DNA of 64,000 nucleotides, from the NCBI GenBank assembly GCA_002189035.1, contig NEEC01000002.1, forward strand, positions 5,394,001 to 5,458,000. The letters run 5' to 3'. Shown piece after piece: positions 39,376-50,645 of this stretch. The notes under the pieces were generated by a model that was not told where the DNA came from, made no database searches, and saw only the letters and a list, made by a program, of their open reading frames with translations. The translations under genes were made by a program, and so were the position numbers. Numbering within the stretch: the first letter of the stretch is position 1; the number at the start of each line of letters is the position of its first letter. The DNA is from Utricularia gibba. Taxonomy: Eukaryota > Plantae > Magnoliophyta.

Positions 39376-41212
39376 ATGGAGAAAAGGAAACTAAATCTGC
39401 ATGCCCCATTGATGTCTGTAAGGAGATACGCATCGCCTTTGAAATCCTCTGAGAATCTGAAAGGGAATGTGGTTCAGAAGAACCTAGATATGAAGCAGCA
39501 ATCTTGCAAATCCAATGGATCCGGACGGCGATCAGAGATGGTGATTAAACCAGATGGCATACCATTTCACTGGGAACATAGCCCTGGAAGGCCCAAGGAT
39601 GATTTTGGTAGCCAAGAGCAACGCAATTCTAGACTTTCTCTAGCTAGATCATTGGATGCCTTTAGGCGTCATCGCTCAGGAGAACTTCCAAGGCCTACCT
39701 CTGCTAGCAGAATAGGTCGATTCACTTCTGGTGAAGGTGTTCCTGATTATAATATTTACAAGCCCCAGATTGAAGCCTTTTCCTTTAGTGAACATGCTAT
39801 GCTTGTAGAGAAGTTAAATGAGAGCTTGAATTGTCCTGAAGAAAATGGTTCCCAAAGCGGAGATGCATACTCTGATGCTCTGGATGAGCTATCTTCTCTA
39901 GAATCAGGGCTCCTAGGTGACAATGCGGATCATGGTTTCTCTGTTATGCCATCTGAGCCTTGTAGTGTTGACACACAAACGAGAAGCATTATGATGAAAA
40001 GGTTTCTTCGAGAGGCCAAGGCAGCTGTAGTGGAAGCACAGGATCCAGTAAAGAAGAGTGTTTCTAGGGCCATAGCACCCTTGCCAAATGCCTCAGCATC
40101 TTTACCACATCTTAATCCATATGCAGATGATGGAGAAAGTGAAGATGAAATCCCATCAAAAAAATCTGGAAGATCAGCTTGGGGATTCCTTCCACGGTTT
40201 TGTGTGAAGAACAGCTTCTGCCTCATGAATCCTCTTCCAGCACTGAGATCAAAAAAACGCTCAACATCTGTTCCCAAAGCTGTTGAATCTCGGAAAATTA
40301 CAAGAAAAGCAACCAGTGGGCCACTTGAGCGGGTAATTTTTTTTATATCACATCCTTAGCTTGTGTTTGCAATGTTTTAGCAGTATCAGCAACAGCAGAG
40401 CTTCCTCTTTTAAAACTTGCCTATTTTCCTTTGGATCATTTCAGAGTGCAAGCCCTGTGCCCGTTCTTCAAAAGAAGAAATACCATTCTGGTTTGCTCTC
40501 CCGAGATATGCCAGTGATCGACAGTAGATTAAACTCCAACTCCAGTGATTCATATAAATCAGGATTGGCACAGTTGAGGCGTTATCGAAGTGGCAGCGAA
40601 TCGCCTTATCGAACTGAATCAGCAAAGTCACCTTTTCGTGAAGGTGTGGGATCAATTGCTCATGAAGTTGAGGGCTTGAATGGTAACAAGCTTGCTTCCT
40701 CACGTAAGCTGTTTAATGCATTGCACGACGTATCAAGGAGTCATGTGAATGCCAGAGGATCAGTTCCAACCAGAGAAACAGTGGAGAAAACAGTGTACAT
40801 AGATGTATCATCTTACAAAAAAGATGGTCATCCGGATATCTCCAGTGGGAATTTGAAGGCTGATCAGGGACGAGGGGAGATCCAAGACGTGAACCTTGGA
40901 TACAAACAGATGCCTCTGTTCACGAAAGAAGGGAAACCTACACAAGAAATTGGGAAAAAACCATTTCCCTTAGCTCCACCATTACCAGATTCACCATCTG
41001 AGTCATGGCTACGGATGACTACCGCCCGGAAAACTTTTCCTCCTCGCCTCCCTCCGAAGAAACAGAGTTCACAATGTCAGAGGCTCGTCAGCAAAGAGCA
41101 CAAACAACATTCACAGGTGCTAACTTCATTCAACATCCTGTTCATCTTTCTCCTTGCCCTTCCATGTTCATGGTTTTCATTCTTGCAGGATGTTGCACCT
41201 TGTTATCGTTGA
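39376..41212 (+). CDS. DUF688 family protein, 3 coding exons (39376-40332, 40445-41116, 41189-41212)
   Basis: LNLHAPLMSVRR, IPFHWEHSPGRPK, YSDALDELS, MMKRFL, GFLPRFCVKNSFCLMNP, EKTVYID, PPLPDSPSESWL. Confidence 0.88.
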
Positions 41213-41369
41213 ACGAGCAAATCAATGGCGTCCCGCTCGTCGTTGGGTGATGCCACGCGTAGGTTTCGGAATATCAGTAGACTAAAGATGTGCGCGTCTT
41301 TGGCCTTGGAGAAGCCTTTCTTCCTGTATCCTTGCAACTTTTACTGTAGGGATGGATTGAACTGTGGAG

Positions 41370-41410
41370 TGGGCCCAAATTGGATTGGGCCCAAATTGGA
41401 TTGGGCCCAA
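41370..41410. repeat. 16-bp direct repeat x2.5 containing palindromic TGGGCCCA site II motifs
   Basis: TGGGCCCAAATTGGAT TGGGCCCAAATTGGAT TGGGCCCAA read directly. Confidence 0.9.
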
Positions 41411-41649
41411 GTCGGTATCGGGCCGGCGCTCGAATGATGTTCTAGAACGACTTCATAACCCATACCAACGTTCGTAATGTAATGAATGATGTATAATGTT
41501 TTTAAATTTCAGGGTTTTTTTAATTTTTCATAAAAACTATTGAATCAAAACAAAAAAAAATCAACAAGTTCGGATTGAACCAAATATATCCTCGGGTTCA
41601 ATCTCAAATTTTAAAACACTAACCCCAAATACGTGCGTGAAATCTAGGT

Positions 41650-41950
41650 ATAGTATACTACAACTTTTAGCATATTTTGTATCAAATTAATATAAAAGGA
41701 AACACAAAATCGAGGGTAATACTTGAAAAGCAATATAAGTTGTACGACATATCTTGTATCAAATTAATATAAAACATATGCAAAATCAACTTTTAGCAAA
41801 TCTTGTACCAAATTAATATAAAACATATGCAAAATCGAACGTAATTGTAGAAAAGCTATATAAGTTGTATACTACAACTTTTAGCATATCTTATATCAAA
41901 TTAATATGAAACACAAAATTGAGCGTAATAGCAGAAAAGCTATATGAGTT
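41650..41950. repeat. Imperfect tandem array with 4 copies of core TTGTATCAAATTAATATAAAA
   Basis: The core recurs near 41678, 41753, 41803 and 41891 with variable spacers. Confidence 0.8.
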
Positions 41951-43413
41951 GTTGGTATTCCACTTAATTTGAACCCAAAGATAGAGAGGGAGTAGAAAGA
42001 CTTGGGTAATGAGAATAAAAGGGAAACTCAAATTAGGGTTTGTGAGGTATGGAGGAGGAGGAGGTTTGGAATTTGTACACGACTTTTTAGGGTAGGCGTT
42101 GGAGATGGAGGTAGGGGCCGACTCCCCCCTTTCGCACATACGAATTCCAATTACATTTATTATAATAATGATTATAATTATCATATCCAAGTAGCCAAAA
42201 CTATTTCATAAATAGTATAAGGACCTACGCACACTCTCCAACCACGCGCTCACGCCACCCCCTAAATAAAGTAATTTTTTTTTATAAAATACAAGTCGGA
42301 TTAAAAATATATTATTTTAAAACAGAGTTAATCAAAAAATATTTTTAATTAAAATTTATTCCAAAGAAAACTCTATGGTTTTGTTTGGTTAGTTGATTTA
42401 GTTTTTTATAGATTTAAATTATTTAGATTTAGAAAAATTCAAATATGTAGATATAAAAATAATATATTCACCCTTAGTATACATATACAGGATAATATAT
42501 GGATATCCTATATATCAAACAACATAATTTTATTAAACTCATTATAAATCATATTTTGGTTGATACCAAATTGGTAATATTTTGGATATGTTAATGAACT
42601 GCAGAGGGGCAAACATGGAAACTTTCAAGGGTAAGAAATTGTTTCAAAGAATTAATTAATTTATATTGTATATAAAAGAATAAAAAACTTTCAGAAAAAA
42701 AAGAAAAAATGGATGGATAATGTACCAACCCTACAAGGCTTTTTTTTTTCTCAACAATGAGACCTGAACTGCTACTATTAATATTAAAATAATAACATAA
42801 ATAGACATGGAAAGAAATATAAGGGAGTTGAGATGGGTCCCACTCCCACAGAAAGGTTGAAGACGGCATTAATTAGGCAACCGCAGGTTAATGCATGGAT
42901 TCCGATATTCCAACGACTCCCACCTAAAGACAAGGAAAAATGCAACACCAATTCTTTCTTTTCTTCACTTACGTGTGTCCTTGGCCTTGCTTCTTACCCA
43001 CTTACGCCGCCCCTTTCTGGAGTAAAGAATGGATTTTGATCAACTGTGCATCTGGGATGAAGACACCCCTTTTTTTGAGGTTGTGTCGTGTCGATTGATG
43101 CCATCGCATGATGCAGTAATCAGTTCTGATGAGCCTAATTGCGCCCTTCAGAGTACGAGGGAGAGGCGCGAGCTTGAGAAAAATGGAAGAGTGGAGTAGT
43201 AACTTATGAAACGGAAGGCTGAGTACTCGCATCATCTGATTGCGATGATCCCAAGCGGACATACGGGATCAGATCTGGAGTACTGAGCCTTTTGTCTAGA
43301 AGTTTCTAGAAGTCAGAGTAAGTGTATGTGATGATGCTATGTATGTAGTGTGATGAGTGTCTGCTATGAGGTCAAGATTAAGGGGTCTTCGCGCATGATC
43401 CAATCGCCGCCGC

Positions 43414-44926
43414 CTAAGCAAGAGAAAGCTTCGTGTTAATCTCTGAATGATTGTTGCGTTTGCTCAAATCCTTCGTCTCGTTGTTGTTGCAAGGGCCGAG
43501 GCTCAAGGTGAGTTGCAAATCGCCTTCCTCCTTCCCTTGGTTTGCCTGCGGGGGACGACAGTGAGACGATCCAGTGAATCCGGAGCTGGGGTTTGTTCCT
43601 GAAGTAGAAAATGTTACCTTTAATGAATTGGATGGGTCCTTATCTATGGAGTGACTTGAGATCAGTTCCCTTGGCGGCCATACTCTTCCTTGATGGAACT
43701 GGTTTGGTCTTAGTGGAGCAGTGCTCTTGTTATCTATCATTCCAATATCGGATCCCACCCTTGAGTTGAGACGATTCCGGAGCTCGTGCTGAGAGGAATG
43801 CCATTGCTGATACCTGCAAGTTCATGATTGGCCAATGTGATACATAAATTGCAAGTACACTGCTCCACATTTGGGTTTGGGCAAGTGTTGATCTTACCTA
43901 GAAGATAAAGACTTGAAGTCGTAGGGATAACGGATATCAGGGTTTTGTGAGAAGCTCCGGAGGCGCTCGACGTAGCGATTCGGGTCGGGGTTCCTGACCA
44001 AGACGATGCCGCCGTTCTCGAACTTCAGTTGGTGCAGAGGGCTGCTGCTGCTGCACCTCATGTAAGGCGAGCCGAGAAATTGGTTCCGGCCATGAATGCC
44101 GTAAAGCCTACCCGCTTGACCTAGCACTGCATCATCATCATCATCATCTCTAGTTGTTACTCCCTCCCAATAATAACTCGGATGCAAAAACAGATGAAAA
44201 TCACCATTATCGACGAGACCCTAAATCTCTAATCATCGTAATGTAAATGTGTACCTTTTCCTGATTCATCCAGCTTCTTGCTTCTGTACATCTGGAAAAA
44301 GAAATTGTTTCACAAGATCATCAGGTGTTGTAAATTGTTTTGGTGCAAACCTAGCTGTCTGACAAGTACCTTATTTACTGGATTTGTAATAACTTAGTCC
44401 TTTTGTTGTTATAAAAGTGATTAGGATGTGTGTGCAATGTGAGACATGTACCTGTAAGTGACTTTTAACGTGGGAGATGCTGAGTCCTCTGACATTCATC
44501 AGCTGAAGCACAGCTTTCGGAGTTGCTCCTGTGCAGCAAATTGACATGAGATTCACAATTGATAACGGGAACAAACAAATGAAACTGACTTTCTTGGCCT
44601 CCCAATCTCTCAATTGCACCAACGAAGGAGAGATGCAATTCAGGAGTCCAACGCAGCCTAGGCAGTTTTGATCGGATATACTGACGAACAGTAGACTTCC
44701 GCTCGCTCCCTTCCCCACCGGATTTTGAGCTGACGTCCACCGATCTGTCGTCTCCGGCGGCCGCTTGCTGGCCCCCGATCACATTGCTCCCGGCCTTTTC
44801 ATTCAAGTTTATGGAAGATGCAGCGTCATCATCTTGGTTTACTTCTTCTTCTACTTCCCTCGAATTTGATCTCAAGTTTTCAGCTTCCTCTTCATCTGTC
44901 CCTCTAGTTTTACTCTCTTCAGCCAT
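43414..44926 (-). CDS. GARP/G2-like (SHAQKYF-class MYB) transcription factor with C-terminal EAR motif, 5 exons
   Basis: RQYIRSKLPRLRWTPELHLSFVGAIERLGGQE|RATPKAVLQLMNVRGLSISHVKSHLQ|MYRSKK; C-terminal DLQLTLSL and TKLSLA. Confidence 0.93.
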
Positions 44927-47900
44927 GGATGATTCAAGGACTCATCTAACCCAGCCCTGCACAAACAAAAAAAGAATCTTTGTTTCACTTTCTTTTCTGG
45001 GGTGCTAGAAACCACATAAATTTCCCATTAAAGAATTTTCAAATGGTTCCGATGTGGGACAGGGGTATTGAAAGTAGAGACGACGACGATTCACAAGAAG
45101 ATTAATTGGGTTCACTGGGAAAGAAACCAAAGGAGAAAACTTCTTTTGAAATAGTCATCAAAAGATGATCATGAGAACACGGAAAAGTGAAGTCAAACAA
45201 AACCCTAAAGAGATCGAAGAACACTACCCGGTTTAACCTTGAGAAGTGTATCAATCAATCATCCAACTGACACCGGTTTGTTACTCCTCTGCGGTTTCTG
45301 TTGAGACAAAGACTTAGCCGAGATCAGAGAAGAAAGCTGTTGAATCGTGACAGTTGTCTTCAAGAAAGAGCAGAAAGAAGGGTTGGTTCTGTTCAGATGA
45401 TAAAGGAAACCTTATGGTGGGATTTGACAGCGACGCGGTTCCCCGTCTCCCGCGAAGCTCGGCGCCTGTTTCCTGTGAAGAATGAAAATGGTGGAGTGGA
45501 GGGGAAGAGAAGGGGAAGGCAACGGGAGGGAGGTGTGAGTCCACCTGCTCCCGCGGGTTGCTGTTTATGGGATGTTGAAAGGCAACTATCTCTGGCGTTT
45601 CATTCAACTATGGAATTAAATTGAATGGTGGGAATAATTTAATAGCCACATCTCTCAACTACACTTTCATGCAAACACACACAACACCAGTATCCTCCAC
45701 AGGTCTCTCTTTTATACACCCTTCCTCTCCTCCATCTCCTCATCCCCATTTACAAGTGATGCATGCTTTCAGATCAACGCCCTAGTGATCTTTTTTTTTT
45801 TTTTGTTTTGAGTTGGGAGGTACGGGAGCCACCCCAACTCATGTAAAGAGATCTGCAGATGTTTAAGCCAAATGGGTGCCATTTTGTCAACTGATGGGCA
45901 AAGAATCATAAACCCAAAAGTTGTAATTTTGTCCACATGATGAGTATTGGCCGTTTTTTGTGACTTTCGATGGGAGATTAGAGGGAAAAGACACTGAATT
46001 CGCCATTGCAGAAAGCAAACTGCGCTCAAGGGTTTAACCTCCTCCACTGTTTGGAATCTAAAAAAAAAGTGTCAGCCAGCATCAGTCTATGCCCGAATCA
46101 GGAGTGGCTTGGTTTGTTGATTGGATAGTTTATGCAAATACATTTCCTTATAATCACCCCCCATTTTCTTGTTTTTCGATTCAAACCACACTTTGATTTT
46201 TCTATAATTGCTGGAAATGGACATGTTCACCCGGTTTTGGATGCCGATTTCCCATGTGGATGAGGGGTGTGGGACACCACATATTTAGCACCCCTCTAAT
46301 CCTCTAAAGTATCTTCATAGTCTTGAATTCATACATACACACGACTTTTATTTCTATAAAAAAAAACATTGTACAATCAAATTTTGTTACGATTTCTATT
46401 TCAAAAATAACATAAATTTAAATGGGTATTTCTTGAAAAGTGTTTTTCAAAAGGGTATTGTAAAAAAAATAGGGTTTTAAATTGAAGATCACTTGTAGAT
46501 GTAACTTCATGCGTCCCATACAAAATTCCGAACGGGTGATGTCTTGATACAAGATGGAGGGAAACTCACATTGGCAATACGGTGTGTACGCAACCCATTC
46601 TGTCTTTCTTGTTGAGTTGAATCATCGGAATGTTGGGTTTCAACAAATAAGTCATAAGACAGCAGTTGTGAAGGAAAAATCAATCCCTTATCTCGTTCTG
46701 TGTGGGTGTGGGTCTGGGGCATTAAATGCCTTGTTGCAAACGTCATTTTCTGAGAATATGTCGCCCAGTATCCATCTATCTATCTATCTATCCATCAATC
46801 ACATGTGGAATTGTTCAATGAAGCAACGGGCGGCCGGATCTCGCAGCAAACAAAAAAAACAATTCCCATCTCAGAGCTTCATTATCGCCGTCTAGTTACT
46901 GCAACTGCTGCAGCCCCCACAGCATTGACTTGCTGCTCCTCCATCAATATCAATATCACACGGTGCGCTGTTATTGTTGTCCAAATTCATGATCTCAGGG
47001 GTGAAATGAGTATAATGAAGTCAAAACACACAAGAAACATGAATTATATTAAAAAAAGTTAGATCCAATCAATTCATAATATCTTATATACATAATTATT
47101 TCATTTTCAAATTTTAATATGGAATCGTTTGTTCTAATACTTATAACGGGTTTTTTCTGCTGCTGCTCTAAGGGCTGAAAAATGGACACACATGCATGTT
47201 GATAGCCACAAACCAGACTCATTTCCGACGTGGAGTGGAGTGGAGTGGAGTGGATCATTCTCTGCACAGCTTGAGTTTAACAGTTAGGGCTGAGAAGAAG
47301 GAGAGTTTGTATCAGATTCAGGTCACAGGTATCTGTCACCCAATTAATTCCTGAAAGCAACCGAAGCTGCGTTACTGAAAGGGGTTTGGGGCCAACTACC
47401 AGAACTGCAGCACCCCTCTGCTGGGTCTTGTTTATAAATAATCTCCAAAACTATGGTTGGTGGTGCCTAAATCAATGTCTGCTCCATGCTCGCACAAACT
47501 CTCCCATCCACTACCTTCACAATATATCATTCTGGAATATTTTTATTTATTTGTACATATCATTTAGATATTAATACCGATCTAAATTGAAAAAAATATT
47601 TTTTTAGTATAACATTTTAATTTGTTGGGAGGGAAATTCTTAGGCATATAAATAAAAGATTTGATTTGATATAAAGTTTTACAATCGAATTTACATATAA
47701 AATTATTAAAATTTTGTCCATGAAAATTACAATATTTTCTAAATAAAAGTGGCGCAGCGATGAATGTTTTGTCATTTGTGACTTGTGAGATTAATAAAAT
47801 CCACTTAAATAATTATCTAATAAAAAGTTGGCATGTATTTCGTTATGGATTTTAAAATTAGGTTGAATTTATTCTCCATTTCAGTTATGGATTTCGTTTG

Positions 47901-50645
47901 TTGCAATGTTTTTTTAATTATATTTAAAATTTTATGAAGGTAAAAATGATTATTGAAACGAATTAAAACCATTTTTTATACGCAAGGTGAATATTTCGTT
48001 TGTGATGGATTGCAATAGGCTAATGTATTAGGCCCAAAGATTAGGGCTTTGCATTAGCCGCAATGCACACGTGGGTTCGAATAAGGACAAATTTTAGACC
48101 CTTTGTTTTTTTTTTTTTTTACTTAAAACAGATATGGAATACAATATCTCCAAAATGTTTCTAGAAATTAAAAGAGAGAGAGGGTGGAGCCCTAATTGCA
48201 TCATCACATTTACTGGGTCGGGGTCAAGATTTGGTTAGACTTGGAGGGCGTCATTAATTATTGTATTGGAATAGTGATTAATTAGATGATCTAATCTGAT
48301 CATGCTTCAATTAAACGTGCATTTCATATTTGCAATCTCCAACAACTATAGACGAGTTTTTTTTTTCCATGCTGTGTATACCAATTAATGAAGATCACGT
48401 AAGTTTGTTTGGTATAATATTTTAGTTAATGATAGATTATTTTTTATATGTATGTAGACACGTGTTATTGGTTTAAATTCAAAGTACATTTTTTAACGCA
48501 AATTGAGATAATTATGTTTAATAGATATATTTAGAATAAATGAAAGCTGGTTTTATTAAGAAAAATCATCTAAAAACTATTGATTAATAAAAAGACTGTG
48601 TTGGGAAACTAACAATAGGATAGGATTTAGCAATCTTTTGAAGTTCTTGTGGGTGTGGCAAATGTACACAGTAACACAACCAAAGTATATAAAAAAATGT
48701 AAATTATGATAGAAAAGATTAAGTTCAATTAATTATTAATGATTTATAATTTTTTATATACTTGATTATTTTACTTTAAAATATTGATATTAAATTGATT
48801 ATTCTAAGAGATGAGGACTAAAAAGTTAGCCAAGCCGAGGCGGGAGAGTGCTACTGGACTGCTACGTTCCTCGCCCCCTCCAACTGACTGACTCTCTATT
48901 CGGCCCGATGAGGAGTCCTCTTCCTTTCCATCTACAGTGTGGCCCGCTAGAGAGCCCATGCGCATTCCATTGCAAAATAAAAACAATATGTTAAAAAAAG
49001 TGATAAATGCGCATTTTTTAAATTTATTTTATATAATAAAATATTCAGAAATCAAATGTGGCTTTATTAGAATGGTCATTTTCAAAAAGTCAAGTGAAGT
49101 CAAATACAACAAAACGAGAAGCACAATTGGCTGCCGACCTGCACATAAAAAAACTTGAACTGCAGCAACACATGGGGCACGGGGCCATTCAATTTTTCTG
49201 CCCAGCCTTTCGACACCGTTTTGTTTTGGGATCCGCTTCAGTAATTATTTTTCAAAAATATGATTAAACTTACAGAAAAAATTATTAAATAGTTACAAAT
49301 ACATGACTAAAAAAGGGAACAAAAAGCATGCATTAGGAATATAAATGGTCACCCAATTTGATAAAAATACAATTTAATTTGAACCTAAATAGGCACAATC
49401 CAAGTCATCCTCCCTACTTTATCTATTTATTCTGTTATCATAATATCTTAAAATGATTACATTTAATTTTTGAAGATTCTGATATTTAGTTATTAGATAG
49501 TATAATCAGAAATTCAATTCTTTGATTAATTTCAGAAATTATTAAATTTCTATTTTAATAGTTAAAATAAAATATGAATTAAAAAATATATTATAATTTT
49601 TTATCTACTTTAAAAATATAATTATATCATAATATTAAATTATATAATAATTTAATATATGAAAATCTATAATATATATTTTATTTTATAAATTTTTATA
49701 ATATAATTTTATGTTAAACTGATTCTATTTTACATAATTTGAAGTATAATTTCAAATTACACAACATTCACATACATTAATTTGAATTTTTTTTATCAAG
49801 TAAGAGTTAAAAAATTGATATTTAAGTGACCAATTTTTAAATTCTCCAAAGTAGTGGTTTAGGTGATGCCATTCATTCTCGTTGGAGTGGTTCAATAAAG
49901 GTTAGGTGATAAGAGCAACGTGGGTCCCGCAACTTGGACTACCGCTTTGTATGTGTTGGTAGTATGTGCACGCACGTTCCCTTCTTTTCACTCAACCCAA
50001 ACGCAAACCAAAAAAGAAAATAAAAAAAAAATCATCATTTTCTTTATAAAAAATAAAGAAAAAAAACAAGCTTTTCCCTTTATGACTTTTCCCTTTGGGA
50101 ACTTAGTTGTGAATTTTCTCTCCGATTGGGACAAAATTACCATAAAAATTTTAATCATACAAAAACTTAGCAGGGGTTAATCCCATAAAACTAGTTTTTG
50201 AAAACTGGCTCATTATTGATGTGCAAATTTTTTGAAGTGTAAAATTAAAAACATCTTTTAATATTTTTTATTTTTCTCTAATTTTAATATTATAAACAAA
50301 TAGCCATCATATTACACGGAAAGAAGCATGTGGATACTTGATGGCCTCAAGTCTGTGAGTGCATTTAATAGACATGGGGCTCTTTGTTTTCTAGAAATCG
50401 AATTTATTTCCATTAAAATAACTCAAAATCGGACAAAAAGAAAGTTATTTATTTTTTAAAAGAAGAAAATGCTCATCAAATGGAGATAGAAATTTATGGA
50501 GCCAGTGCCAGTGGTCTGGTTATTCCAATTCCACTTCATTTTCAACTTCTCCGGCGGCCTAAAAAAATGTCTCATCACGAAACCCTTCTCCTCCTCCTCC
50601 TCCACCACTACAACATCAACTCTTTTCAATCATCCCTCTGACGCC

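Noticed and set aside
48060-48090. GGTTCGA T-loop-like motif
   Set aside because: No A box, anticodon arm or acceptor stem; not a tRNA.
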